Positions 9,641 to 19,841 of a DNA stretch of 64,000 nt are shown piece after piece; positions within the stretch are counted from its first letter, which is position 1; every line of letters begins with the position of its first letter. A program made the position numbers and the translations under genes. Source of the stretch: a virus. Its lineage: Duplodnaviria; Caudoviricetes. The notes below the pieces were generated by a model. The model did not search any database. It worked only from the letters and a program-made list of their open reading frames with translations, and had not been told where the DNA came from. The DNA lies in IMG/VR virus record IMGVR_UViG_2856626968_000003, positions 1-64,000 of that record; one strand, written 5' to 3'.

Positions 9641-10226
9641 CGTCTGGGGCCGGGAGGACCTCACCTGCCCCGCCACCCGCCAGCAGATCCGCCGCCTCGT
9701 CCGCATGGCCTACGCCCGCCCATGGCGCGGCGACACCACCGCGGACCGATCGCACTGCCTGGACACCACAGCGATCACCGAGCCAGGCAGGCTCACCAGG
9801 ATCATGTACACCCTCGACTACGGCTACCACGCGTCCGGATGGTTCGCGAACTCCGACTACGAGCGGTGCCTGCACCTGTCCGTATCGCACCCCCGGCCCG
9901 ACCTGCCAGTCGAAGTTCGCCAACTTCCCGCCGACCTCGGCCCGGGAGCGTATGCCGCCATGCGGACCGAGACCCCCAACGACGACGAGGTCCGCGCCTG
10001 GGGTCTGGTGCTCTTCCGCGAGCACGCCACCAAGGCATGGTTCGAGCCGGCCGTCGGGCCGAACGATCCGTACCGGGCGCCGAACGTGGTGCACCTGCGG
10101 CTGTACCTCGATCGCGAGAACCGGCCGATTCTGCCACGCGGCGAGGTGTACGACCTGCGGCCGTGGGACGACGGCACCTCACCCGCGAAGATCACCGAAG
10201 GACGGGCGGGCGCCGATGTCCGTTGA
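9633..10226 (+). CDS. Hypothetical protein
   Basis: AAGGAG RBS; GC3-rich frame. Confidence 0.65.
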   Translation: MVDVWGREDLTCPATRQQIRRLVRMAYARPWRGDTTADRSHCLDTTAITEPGRLTRIMYTLDYGYHASGWFANSDYERCLHLSVSHPRPDLPVEVRQLPADLGPGAYAAMRTETPNDDEVRAWGLVLFREHATKAWFEPAVGPNDPYRAPNVVHLRLYLDRENRPILPRGEVYDLRPWDDGTSPAKITEGRAGADVR

Positions 10227-10857
10227 GCACCCCGACCAAGTCCGCCCAGAGGACATCCCCAAGGACCTGATCGCCAAGGTCTATCCGGTCGCTCTCGCCC
10301 ACGGAATCCCCTGGCACGACGAAGCCCTGCGTATCATCGCCGCCGCGGTGCTCACCGAGGCTCACGCGCGTATCGCTCCGACGATCGAGCCCAACGGCGA
10401 GACAAAGGATCTCGACCTGGACGCTGCGGCCGCCATCGTCCAAGTCCTGCATAACCACGGCTTCCCCAATGCGGAGCACCGCGCCCGCACCGCCGCGCAA
10501 GCCAAGGGAGACATCACGGGATGCCCCGGTGTGGTCTGGAAGGTCCGGAGCGGCGGCACGGCCCGCAGCGCGTCGGACGCTCAGATCGAGGCATGGCTGA
10601 CCGAGACCATCACGGAGAAGCTCGACGCGGGCGCTGGCGCAGGAATCCTGGTGGTGCAGCGCGCCGGAGCCGACCCGGCCGACGCACCCTGCTGGTGGGC
10701 GATCATGCGCGCCTATCAGCTCGAGTGCCTCATCAGCCCGAACGGCCTGTGGACGGTCGGACACAAGTTCCCCATCCGCATGCTCCTGACGGACGCGTGC
10801 ACCCTGCTGCGCAGGGCTGGGTACGGCAGTCCGCTGCCTGACGAGGTGGTGGCGTGA
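10216..10857 (+). CDS. Phage Holliday junction resolvase-like PD-(D/E)xK protein, possibly degenerate
   Basis: KGDITGCPGVVWKVRSGG...WLTET...GILVVQR...WWA...LLRRAGYG; the expected E-x-K reads K-V-R. Confidence 0.6.
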   Translation: MSVEHPDQVRPEDIPKDLIAKVYPVALAHGIPWHDEALRIIAAAVLTEAHARIAPTIEPNGETKDLDLDAAAAIVQVLHNHGFPNAEHRARTAAQAKGDITGCPGVVWKVRSGGTARSASDAQIEAWLTETITEKLDAGAGAGILVVQRAGADPADAPCWWAIMRAYQLECLISPNGLWTVGHKFPIRMLLTDACTLLRRAGYGSPLPDEVVA

Positions 10858-11276
10858 TGGCCGCGCGCGCCCCGATGTCCAGGCTCGCGAAACTCGCGCG
10901 CATCCTCGCCCGCCCGGAGATGGAGCGCCGCTCGTACTGGCGGCTTCTCGCCGGCCGCGACCATTGGGCGGTCATCCTCATCACCCACGGCCGCCCCGGC
11001 GAGCCACCCGAGCGGCAGCCTCAGACCCCGAGGATCCGCCCTGAGTTCCTCCGCCGCACCGGCGCCGACCTCACGCCCGAGCAACTGCTCCACGAACGCA
11101 TCGGCCAGTACCTACGCGCCGACGCCCAGGGCGCACACCAGATGGACGTCGCCGCCGCCGCGGCGATCGCCACGACGGCCGCCGCAGTCACGCTCGCCGA
11201 ACTCGGCATCGACCTCACCACCCTCGCCCGCCGGGCCGACCAGCGGCCCTCCACCCTCGAAAGGCGCCAGCCATGA
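10854..11276 (+). CDS. Hypothetical protein
   Basis: Coupled ORF. Confidence 0.55.
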   Translation: MMAARAPMSRLAKLARILARPEMERRSYWRLLAGRDHWAVILITHGRPGEPPERQPQTPRIRPEFLRRTGADLTPEQLLHERIGQYLRADAQGAHQMDVAAAAAIATTAAAVTLAELGIDLTTLARRADQRPSTLERRQP

Positions 11277-11713
11277 GCGTTCCCCACGCTGTCCTCGCCT
11301 ACGGCTACAACCTCGGCGGCTCAAGCTGGAACATCGCAGAGAAGGACGAGTACGGCAGCCCCGCCGTGCCCTGGTACAACCCAGACCATGGCGACTTCAT
11401 CCGCCAGGCCGAAGCGGTGCTCCTCGCAGCGGCCGGCGTCGAGGCCGACCCCTGGGATCGTGACGAGCAGCTGAAGGCTCACTTCGGCCTCAAGTTCGAG
11501 AGGTACGTCTCCTGGGACGACGCCGAATACATGCTGGCCGCCCACGTCATCAGCACCGACTGGGAGAAGACCGAGGAGCTCGACCTGGCGGCGCTGATCA
11601 CACAGGCCGCCGGCGAGGGCTGGGACGACAAGCTCCGCGCCGCCGTTGGCGTGCTCGGCATCACCCCAGAGCAGGAGCAGCCCCAGTGGGTGCTGTGCGC
11701 GTATCAGTCGTGA
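11273..11713 (+). CDS. Hypothetical acidic protein
   Basis: Coupled ORF; coding-like codon bias. Confidence 0.7.
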   Translation: MSVPHAVLAYGYNLGGSSWNIAEKDEYGSPAVPWYNPDHGDFIRQAEAVLLAAAGVEADPWDRDEQLKAHFGLKFERYVSWDDAEYMLAAHVISTDWEKTEELDLAALITQAAGEGWDDKLRAAVGVLGITPEQEQPQWVLCAYQS

Positions 11714-11718
11714 GCGCC

Positions 11719-12342
11719 ATGCCTGAGCAGTCACCTGGCGCCGAGGGCGAGCAGGAGCAGGGGAGCCAGGACATCCCACAGCAGGCATTCGACGCAGCGG
11801 AGAAGGCGTTCCGCGGCGGGGTGCGCATCCGCCCGGGAGCGCGCGCTGCGGCCCAGCTCGCCGCTGGACAGTCGATCATCTCGTCCGGCACCGAGGCCGA
11901 ACACGCCGCGCGCCTCGGCGTGGCGGCCGCCGCCCCGATCATCGCCGCGCACGCCCTGGAGACCGCGACGCGCGAGTACGCCACCGCCGCGATCGAGGGC
12001 GTCGTACGCCAGGCCGTCGCCGAGGCCCGGCCGCAACTGGAAGAACTGAACGAGAAGATCGTCGCTGAGACCCTCCAGGCCCACGCCAAGAAGTTGTTCG
12101 ACCAGTTCCGTGCTGAAGTCGTCGCCGGGCTGCCCAAGGCGCTGGCCGATCAGGGCCGTGTCATCGTCGCCGTCAGCGACCTCGAAGCCATCCGCGCCGA
12201 GCTCGTACCCGACGGGCGCATCGGCCGGACCCTGCTCACCGGCAGCCACCCCACCGCCGCCAACCTCGCCCGCGACGAGTGCCTCGACCGGCTCCGCGCC
12301 ATGCTCGCCGGACTGCTCCCCAAGGAGGACCTGGGTGCCTGA
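11719..12342 (+). CDS. Hypothetical protein
   Basis: GC3-rich frame. Confidence 0.65.
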   Translation: MPEQSPGAEGEQEQGSQDIPQQAFDAAEKAFRGGVRIRPGARAAAQLAAGQSIISSGTEAEHAARLGVAAAAPIIAAHALETATREYATAAIEGVVRQAVAEARPQLEELNEKIVAETLQAHAKKLFDQFRAEVVAGLPKALADQGRVIVAVSDLEAIRAELVPDGRIGRTLLTGSHPTAANLARDECLDRLRAMLAGLLPKEDLGA

Positions 12343-12742
12343 GCAGCCCCCGCGACACACCGCCACCGGGGAGACCCGCGTCTACTGGATCCCCGACCTG
12401 CCCAACCCCGACGCGCCCACGGTCGCCGATCTCAACCGGCCGGACGCCGTTCTGCTCGGCACCGACCGCCCGCTGCTTACGATCATGATCGACGTCGGAC
12501 CGTTCGTCCGAGCAGCCGATGGCGTCCAGCGTGCCCTGGCCGCGGCCGCGCGCACCCTGTTCCCGGGCCTTCTGGGCAAGACCTCCCGATGGCAGCACGA
12601 GATCGAGAACGGTCCCCAGTACGCCCGGCACCGGCGCCGCTGCCGCGCCTGCAACCCGGCCGGCAACCCGCGGCCGCTCCCGATCAACGGCCACGAGTAC
12701 GCCCGCCGGCGCCGCGCCCGGGCCCGACGGAGGAACCGATGA
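12335..12742 (+). CDS. Hypothetical protein with tail-tube-like N-terminus
   Basis: AAGGAGG RBS; GETRVYWIPDLPNPDAPTVADLN resembles the N-terminus of 62144..62635. Confidence 0.55.
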   Translation: MPEQPPRHTATGETRVYWIPDLPNPDAPTVADLNRPDAVLLGTDRPLLTIMIDVGPFVRAADGVQRALAAAARTLFPGLLGKTSRWQHEIENGPQYARHRRRCRACNPAGNPRPLPINGHEYARRRRARARRRNR

Positions 12743-13536
12743 GCACAGACAAGACCGCCCTCGGGGACAGGATGAAGGCCTACGAGGCCGTGACCCGGGC
12801 CCTGCTCCCGCGCCGTACCTACGCGATCATCCGCGTCGACATCCGCGCAGCGCACTCCTACCTACGCGGAGCCGACAAGCCGTTCGACAGCGACTTCATG
12901 ACCGCCATGAACACCACCGCCCGGGCGCTGTGCGAAGAGGTCTCCGGCGCGGTGGTCGCCTACACCCAGTCCGACGAGATCAGCGTCTTGGCCACCGACT
13001 TCGGGTCCACACACACTCAGCCGTGGTTCGGCGGCGTCACAGCCAAGGTGGTGTCCATCTCCGCGTCGGCCGCGACCGCCGCGTTCAACACGGCCGAAGG
13101 CGGCCGCAACGGCGCCCTGGCCCTGTTCGACGCCCGGGTATTCACACTGCCGAACCCGGTCGAGGTGGCCAACTACTTCGTCTGGCGGCAGCGGGACTGC
13201 ATCCGCAACTCGATCTCCATGGCCGCGCAGGCCCGCTTCTCCGCTCGGCAGCTCCACGGGAAGAGCACCGGGGAGATGCAGGAGATGCTCTGGTCTGAGC
13301 ACAACATCAACTGGAACGGCTACCCGGCCGACGCGAAACGGGGCCGCGTGTGCACCCGCACGACGGGGGAGCGGGAGGTCACCTTCGTCGACCGGCGCAC
13401 CCACGAGGAGACCACGACCCTGGCGATCCGCTCGTGGTGGGAAACCGACGCGGCGCCGCACTTCACCGCAGAGCCGACCGGGTGGCTAGCCACCGTCATT
13501 CCGCCGCTGCCCGTGCTGCACCAGGAGCGATCGTGA
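12739..13536 (+). CDS. tRNA(His) guanylyltransferase / Thg1-like protein (3'-5' polymerase)
   Basis: LGDRMKAYE, IIRVD, KPFD, YTQSDEIS, FDARV, YFVWRQRDCIRNSI motifs. Confidence 0.9.
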   Translation: MSTDKTALGDRMKAYEAVTRALLPRRTYAIIRVDIRAAHSYLRGADKPFDSDFMTAMNTTARALCEEVSGAVVAYTQSDEISVLATDFGSTHTQPWFGGVTAKVVSISASAATAAFNTAEGGRNGALALFDARVFTLPNPVEVANYFVWRQRDCIRNSISMAAQARFSARQLHGKSTGEMQEMLWSEHNINWNGYPADAKRGRVCTRTTGEREVTFVDRRTHEETTTLAIRSWWETDAAPHFTAEPTGWLATVIPPLPVLHQERS

Positions 13537-14453
13537 GCCGCGTCTACTTCCACACCCCCACCGACGAGGCCGAGCTGCTCGGCGCCGAGCGCGCCCATGC
13601 CGGCGTCCTCACTCACGACCTCGCCGCTCAGCACATCACCCCCGTGCTCGACCCCCTGGGCGAGCTCACCGCCCACGGCCGACTCGTCGGCACCCCGCGC
13701 GCCCAGCTGGCCGACCGCTTCAACCTGTACGCGCGCACCGGTGGCACCCCGAACCTGCTCATCTGGCACGGCCGCGAACTCCGCGCGTCATCGCTGATGC
13801 TCAACACCGCGCTGGAACTCGGCGACGACGGCGTGAAGCTCATGGCCCGCCTGTACGGCCAATGCGAGATCCACGCCTACGTCGAGGGGCCGCACCGCGC
13901 GTGGCTCGCCGACATCATGGAACGCGGGCTGGCCACCGGCGTGCTCCGCCGCGGCATGGGCTGGGAAGGAAAACCCGACCACCCGCACGGCAAAGGCCGC
14001 GGCGTGATCCCGCTTCTGCGCTCCCGCGACGACGAACCGGTCGTCATGTCGTACTCGGTCTGCGACGGCTTCCCCAACCCGGTCGCCTGGGACTGGGAGC
14101 CGCCTGCGGAGTGGCGGCCGCCAAGCTGGACCGCCGAGGAATGGGCCGAACTCGACGGAGACGATCAGGAGGACTACCGGGCGAGCGCCGTCGACGAGGC
14201 CTTCGGAGCCCTACCATCCGACGAGCGGTGGCGCATCGCGATGGGCGCGCTCCGCGCCCGCTCGAAGGCCGGCCTCCTGGAACTGACCCCGGACGGCTGG
14301 GACGACTTCTGCTTCGGCCACGAGCTGTCGCTGTTCGACCTGCAGGCGGACGACTGGCGCGACCGCGTCGAGCGGGCATTGGACGCGCAGGCTCAAATCG
14401 AGGCTCTGTGGGCCGCGCGCAGCGACACAGCGGACTGGTTACGAGAAAGGTGA
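13533..14453 (+). CDS. Hypothetical protein
   Basis: GTGA-coupled to Thg1; long GC3-rich frame. Confidence 0.7.
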   Translation: MSRVYFHTPTDEAELLGAERAHAGVLTHDLAAQHITPVLDPLGELTAHGRLVGTPRAQLADRFNLYARTGGTPNLLIWHGRELRASSLMLNTALELGDDGVKLMARLYGQCEIHAYVEGPHRAWLADIMERGLATGVLRRGMGWEGKPDHPHGKGRGVIPLLRSRDDEPVVMSYSVCDGFPNPVAWDWEPPAEWRPPSWTAEEWAELDGDDQEDYRASAVDEAFGALPSDERWRIAMGALRARSKAGLLELTPDGWDDFCFGHELSLFDLQADDWRDRVERALDAQAQIEALWAARSDTADWLRER

Positions 14454-14458
14454 GGAAG

Positions 14459-14820
14459 ATGGGCGGCGACGACTCCTCGAACGTGCTGATGAACATCCGC
14501 TTCTGGCACCAGGTCCTCGAGGACTCCAAACGCACCATCGCATGCTCCGCAGCCGACGCCCCCAGATGGCGCGCCGCCGTCGAAGCGGTCGCGCCGGGCA
14601 CCTCATCAAAGTCATCGTGAGCCCGATCGTGCCGGACGGGGAGGCGTACGTGCTCGACGAGCAGGCCGTCGAGGCGGACTCGCGTGCGGAAGCTCAGCGG
14701 GGGGTGCACGACTGGTCGGGCGCTCTTCTGCGCCGCGGGGAGTTCATGGACCGGCCAGGCCGCGGTGGCTTCTCATGCCCCCGAGGACGTGGAAGGGAGG
14801 ACTGTCATCTTGACCGCTGA
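14459..14820 (+). pseudogene. Frameshifted hypothetical gene
   Basis: Coding-like peptide switches frame near 14595 (..AVEAVA / HLIKVIVSPIVPDG..). Confidence 0.45.
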
Positions 14821-14885
14821 CCAGCAGGCCCGGGCGCTCCGCGTGCTCGCCGGCCTCTGCCGCGCCTGCGCCGCAGAGGCCGGCT

Positions 14886-15065
14886 CTACGTAGGGAAATG
14901 ACGATCGAGCACCTCGGTGAACTCCGGCAGCGTCACGAAGCCCGTCCGTCCCTGCTGGAGAGTCACCAGCTCCACCAAGGCGGCGACGAACGGATTGCTC
15001 TGCTCGTGCAACGGCAGGGCGCCCATCGCAGCCTTGAGCCGGTCGCAGGCTGCCGGGAAAGCCAT
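14886..15065 (-). CDS. Small hypothetical protein
   Basis: MAFPAACDRLK...LDRHFPT; may be one frameshifted gene with the upstream ORF. Confidence 0.4.
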   Translation of the reverse strand: MAFPAACDRLKAAMGALPLHEQSNPFVAALVELVTLQQGRTGFVTLPEFTEVLDRHFPT

Positions 15066-15075
15066 TGCCGCCCAT

Positions 15076-15276
15076 TCATCGCGCTTGCACCTTTTCGGCG
15101 TTGACCATGAGATCCCACTCCAGTTCCAGGTAGGAGGGGCATTCGGGCGTGTGCCAGTTCTCAATCACTGTGTCGCCGTCGGGCCACATGACCGCGACGT
15201 TCGTCTCCGCTGGCTCAGCCAGGCAGATGGGACAGAGGTTGAGTCGCCGAGCGGGATCTTCTGACGGAACGGACAT
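15076..15276 (-). CDS. Small Zn-binding hypothetical protein
   Basis: CPIC...HTPEC; GAGGTG RBS. Confidence 0.5.
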   Translation of the reverse strand: MSVPSEDPARRLNLCPICLAEPAETNVAVMWPDGDTVIENWHTPECPSYLELEWDLMVNAEKVQAR

Positions 15277-15653
15277 GGAGCTCACCTCGCTGCGGAAGAG
15301 GCCCATTGTGGTCCGATAGATGGATTTATGCCATAAACGATGCCGAAACGGTAGGTCGTAAACTACATATCCCTCGTAGCCGTCCCGGCGCCCCGCAGCG
15401 CATGGCATCCCACACCCATCTCGACGCCGGCAAGCAGGCCGCGACCATCCACCAGGAGCGCGGCCGCGTCGAAGCGATCCGTGACGCCCTCGCCGACATG
15501 GAGTGGAAAGCCTGCCGCGAAACCCAGCACACCCCGACGCCCGCGATCACGCCCGCGGCGCGATCCGTTCCCTGGCTGGCATCTGGGGCACCGTCGAGGA
15601 GCTCGAGCGAATCCCGGGGCGCCTGCCGAATCGACGGACGCCCCGGGATCGGC

Positions 15654-16724
15654 CTAGTCCCGATCGCCGCCAACTCCAGTGATCTTGGAAATGCCGTCTT
15701 CGAGCTCGGCGAAAGCCTGTTCAGTGGCCCCTGCCTCCAGACGCTGCATCTCCTCGGTGTCCTCGCGGGCGGCCTCGATCGCCTCGCGCTCCCGGCGGGC
15801 CTGCTCGTAGATCTTGAAGCGTTCGGCGACCATGGCCTCCATGTCCTTGTGGGAGACACGGCCGGCATTGGTCAACACCGCGTACTCGTTGAACTGGATG
15901 AAGTCGTTGGTCTTCACGACCCACTCGGCCATGGTGATCTGCTGGCGGCGCTTGGCGCGCGTCTCGGCGTAGTCCAGGAATTGGGTCGTCAGCCGGTTGA
16001 GGTCGTCGATCTCGTCAGCGTTCAGGTAGTTCTTCGCGACGGTGGTGTCCGCCTTGCGGACCTTGGCTCCCTTCCAGGAGGTGAGTCCCATGTTCGCCTT
16101 GGAGGGATCGGCACGCTTCACGACCAGCTCGGCGGCGGTGTAACCGGTCACGGCGAAGACCAGCTTGTTCTGGATCGTGGCGAAGAACGTGCTGGCGATG
16201 TCGGACTTGCTGTCGTAGTCCACGCTCGTCTGGGCGAAGACGTCCCTGACCTTCTGGTAGAAGCGCGCCTCGGAAGCACGGATGTCCCGGATCCGCTCGA
16301 GCAGCTCGTCGAAGTAGTCCACGCCGCCCGGGTGCTTGAGGCGCTCGTCGTCCAGCACGAAACCCTTGATCAGGTACTCCCGCAGGACGGTGGTGGCCCA
16401 CTGGCGGAACTGGATGCCCCGGGGCGATCGCACGCGGTAGGCAACGCCGAGGATCATGTCCAGGTTGTAGACGTTGATCTGACGACCGACGAGCCGCGAA
16501 CCCTCCTGTTGAACTATTTCCAATTTGGAAATAGTTGCCTCGGTCAGCTCGCCGTCCTCCAGGAGGTTCGCGATGTGCTTGTTGATCGCGGGAATGCCCG
16601 TGTCGAACAGGTGCGCCATCTCGGCCTGCGACAGCCAGACCGTGCCGTTGACGGGCCGCAGCTGCATCTGGACGAGCCCGTCGTCGGTGGTGTAAAGGAT
16701 CAGCTCCCCCGAGGACTCTGCCAC
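15654..16724 (-). CDS. RhuM/virulence-family protein (Fic-associated)
   Basis: ELILYTTDDG, TVWLSQAEMAHLF, YNLDMILGVAYRVRSPRGIQFRQWAT, YFDELLERIRDIRASE, VAKNYL. Confidence 0.9.
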   Translation of the reverse strand: MAESSGELILYTTDDGLVQMQLRPVNGTVWLSQAEMAHLFDTGIPAINKHIANLLEDGELTEATISKLEIVQQEGSRLVGRQINVYNLDMILGVAYRVRSPRGIQFRQWATTVLREYLIKGFVLDDERLKHPGGVDYFDELLERIRDIRASEARFYQKVRDVFAQTSVDYDSKSDIASTFFATIQNKLVFAVTGYTAAELVVKRADPSKANMGLTSWKGAKVRKADTTVAKNYLNADEIDDLNRLTTQFLDYAETRAKRRQQITMAEWVVKTNDFIQFNEYAVLTNAGRVSHKDMEAMVAERFKIYEQARREREAIEAAREDTEEMQRLEAGATEQAFAELEDGISKITGVGGDRD

Positions 16725-16878
16725 CTGGCCGCTCCCTTGATCTAGATGTGACCTTATCTTCCCCTTACGGGACACCAGTATGGCACTCTTTGGGCACGGC
16801 ATGGGACACTCTGACGGCCAGTGATGAGCATCTCATTCCATGATATGCACGTTGAGCTGGGCTTTTCTTGCCGATAGC

Positions 16879-18075
16879 ATGGGACATGTGAGCCGCCATC
16901 ACCTTGAGACACACCCATGGATCAGCTTCAAGCTTGATCTAGAACGCCAGATCGACAGTCGGATGTGGATGCTCCTCGGCGAGGTGATCTCCAAGTCCGA
17001 GCACATCGCCGGCGCCCCCCTCAAGCCCGGACTGGCCGAGCACCTCAACGAGATCTACTTAAGCAAGGGCGCCCACGCCACGACATGGATCGAAGGCAAC
17101 ACCCTGACAGAGGAAGAGGTCCTGCAGCGCGTCCAGCGAAAGCTAGACCTCCCCCCCTCGCAGGAGTACCTCGGCCAAGAGATCGACAACATCGTCAAGG
17201 CGTACAACGTGATCATCGACGACATCGTGCACAGTCGATCCCTCGCGCTGACCCCAGAACGGATCGCCTTGTTCAACCAGTACGTCCTGGAAGGCGTGCC
17301 GATAGACGAAGGGGTAGAGCCCGGCCGGATACGCACCAAGGGTGTCGGCGTCGGGACCGACTACCGCGGAGCACCCGCCGAGGACTGCGAGCACCTGCTC
17401 GATCAGCTATGCATCTGGTTCGACGAGTTCCCCAACCAGCTTGGCGAGGAGTACCGCCAAGCCTTGACGGTCATCGCTGCACTGCTGGCCCACCTGTACA
17501 TCGCGTGGATTCACCCATTCGGCGACGGCAATGGCCGGACCGCCCGCCTCGTGGAATTCCAGTTGCTCAACCACGCCGGCGTCCCAACCCTGTCCGCCCA
17601 TCTGCCCTCGGACTACTACATGCGAACCCGCACGCAGTACTACCGAGTGCTCCAGCAGACCAGCCGCCCGCCTTACCCGGTTGGCAAGTTCCTGCGATAT
17701 GCCCTGGAAGGCTTCGTCGACGAACTACGCGATCAGGTGAAGATCATCCAAGCGCAACAGCTCGACGTATCATGGGTCAACTTCGTCCACGAGATGGTCA
17801 GCGACGGTCACACACCAGCGAGCGTTCGCCAACGCTACTTGGTGCTAGACCTGCTTCCTTACCAATTCACGCAGATCAGCAAAATACCCGAGCTATCGCC
17901 CAGGCTAGCGGCCGCGTACGCGGGAAAAACTCGCCGGACGGTAAGCCGGGACATCAACGCCCTCGACGAACTCGGGTTAATCGTTCGCGAGCGCGGTGCG
18001 GTACGACCGTTCATCGAGCAGATGCAGGCATTCCTACCCCTGCGGGCTCGTACAGATGAGCCCGACAAGGAGTAG
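16879..18075 (+). CDS. Fic-family protein (AMPylase) with C-terminal wHTH
   Basis: Intact HPFGDGNGRTAR motif; IEGNTLT. Confidence 0.92.
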   Translation: MGHVSRHHLETHPWISFKLDLERQIDSRMWMLLGEVISKSEHIAGAPLKPGLAEHLNEIYLSKGAHATTWIEGNTLTEEEVLQRVQRKLDLPPSQEYLGQEIDNIVKAYNVIIDDIVHSRSLALTPERIALFNQYVLEGVPIDEGVEPGRIRTKGVGVGTDYRGAPAEDCEHLLDQLCIWFDEFPNQLGEEYRQALTVIAALLAHLYIAWIHPFGDGNGRTARLVEFQLLNHAGVPTLSAHLPSDYYMRTRTQYYRVLQQTSRPPYPVGKFLRYALEGFVDELRDQVKIIQAQQLDVSWVNFVHEMVSDGHTPASVRQRYLVLDLLPYQFTQISKIPELSPRLAAAYAGKTRRTVSRDINALDELGLIVRERGAVRPFIEQMQAFLPLRARTDEPDKE

Positions 18076-18324
18076 GCCGGTATATGCCGTGTGAGTCCCG
18101 TCCCTTTCAGCGCAACCGAGGCAGGCCACCAATTGCGCGCCGGCCCGGCCTCATACTCACCCCGGCGCTCGGCCGCGCGCCCTCCTGGCAACAGACCCCC
18201 CTCGAGCTCCTGGAGAACGGGCTGTATGACCGCTTCCAGCAGCTGCTCGTCGTGCCGTATGAGCCGCCCGACATGGCGGCGGTCGCACGGATGCGCGCGG
18301 AGCGGGAGGCCTCGGAATGAAGGC

Positions 18325-18904
18325 GTGGCGGACGACGTGAACCAAGAACACGAAGAACTGATACGGCAGCTCCCCGCCCGCGCCTCGCGCTGCCCCCATC
18401 GGCCCGCCACGGCCGCCGCGGGCCCGTATCCGCCGCCACACCCGCAACAAGATCGGTGACCGTGAGGGGTGGATCTGCGGGTACTGCCGCACCCACGTCG
18501 ACCGCGACCTGCGCTGGCCCCACCCGCTCTCGCCCAGCACCGGCCACATCCTGTGGGTCGGCTTCGGCGCCGGCGGGACGGAAGACCCGGCCAACCTGCG
18601 CATCGAGCACCTGGCCTGCAACATGAAGAACATCCCGCACACGCTGCTGACGACGCTCAGCCCGCGCGCCCTGGCCGAGCGGGAGCAGGCCGGCCTGCCG
18701 CCATACACCGATGACGAGCGGCGGGCCATCATCGCCGAAGTCCTCGACAACCCGGCGCCGCCAGTGCCCCGGGACGAGGCTGTCCGCCGGTACTGGTCGC
18801 CGCGCTACGTCTCATGGAAGCGGTGGCACGCCGAGAACCCCGGCGCCTGCGACTGCACACCCGACCAGCCGGGCGCGTTCTGCCTGCCACCGCCTCTGGC
18901 CTAA
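18325..18904 (+). pseudogene. HNH endonuclease, frameshifted near the 5' end
   Basis: Frame open from 18362 reads IGDREGWICGYC...STGHI...GGTEDPANLRIEHLACN but has no start; GTG at 18325 is in another frame. Confidence 0.65.
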
Positions 18905-19022
18905 GGGGGTGGTTCACCGCCCGGCTGTCGTGGACAAGGTGCGGGCGATGCCCTCCTCCCAGGTCCTGCCGTAGATGTCAGGCGCCAAGACGGCGGCGTC
19001 CTGCTGCCGCATGTTGGCCGTC

Positions 19023-19056
19023 TTGACCTTGTCATTGGCGTCATGGTCTGAACATT
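19023..19056 (+). promoter_or_regulatory. MerR-type promoter/operator
   Basis: TTGACC -35 overlapping the imperfect palindrome GACCTTGTCATTGGCGTCATGGTC just upstream of the SDR-MerR pair. Confidence 0.5.
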
Positions 19057-19062
19057 TCTCGC

Positions 19063-19815
19063 ATGGACAGCTCATTGCAGGACATGGTGGTCATCGTTAC
19101 CGGGGCCGGCACAGGCATCGGCCGTGCGACGGCGCGGATGTTCGCGGGGAGAGGCGCGCAGGTAGTGGCGGTGGGCCGCAGGGCGGAGCCACTGGCGGAG
19201 GCCGCGACCGGCTACGACAGCATCCATCCGGTGATCGCTGACGTCACCGCCGAGGATGCCGCGCAGGAGATCATGCGCGGCGTGATGGAGTCGCACGGCC
19301 GGTTGGACGTGCTGGTCAACAACGCGGCGATCGTCCGCAGCGCGGCGCTCGGGAAGTTGACCCGAGATTTGATCGAAAAGCAGGTGACGACGAACCTGGT
19401 TGCGCCGATGCTGCTGGCGCAGGCCGCGTTGCCAGCGCTGGAGATTCGTGGCGGAGTGATCGTGAACGTGAGTACGTCGGTCGGGCAGCGTGCTTGGCCG
19501 GGCAACTCGGTGTATGCGGCCACGAAGGTCGCCCTGGAACTGCTGACCCGCAGCTGGGCGGTGGAGTTGGCGCCACGCGGGGTCCGGGTGGTCGCGGTGG
19601 CCCCCGGTGGGATTGATACCCCGATCGGTGAGCATCAAGGGCTGTCGCCTGAGCGGATGGCCGCGGTCAGGGAGTGGCAACTGGCCCACACGCCGCTGGG
19701 GCGGATCGGGCGCCCCGAGGAAGTGGCGTGGGCGATCACGCAACTCGCCTCGCCACAGGCCTCATTCGTCACGGGGGCGGTGCTCCCGGTGGACGGTGGT
19801 GCGGTGGTCGCGTGA
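19063..19815 (+). CDS. Short-chain dehydrogenase/reductase
   Basis: TGAGTGIG, NNAA, YAATK, PGGIDT, VDGG. Confidence 0.95.
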   Translation: MDSSLQDMVVIVTGAGTGIGRATARMFAGRGAQVVAVGRRAEPLAEAATGYDSIHPVIADVTAEDAAQEIMRGVMESHGRLDVLVNNAAIVRSAALGKLTRDLIEKQVTTNLVAPMLLAQAALPALEIRGGVIVNVSTSVGQRAWPGNSVYAATKVALELLTRSWAVELAPRGVRVVAVAPGGIDTPIGEHQGLSPERMAAVREWQLAHTPLGRIGRPEEVAWAITQLASPQASFVTGAVLPVDGGAVVA

Positions 19816-19841
19816 TAGGACTGGCGGCGGAGGTGCGATCG

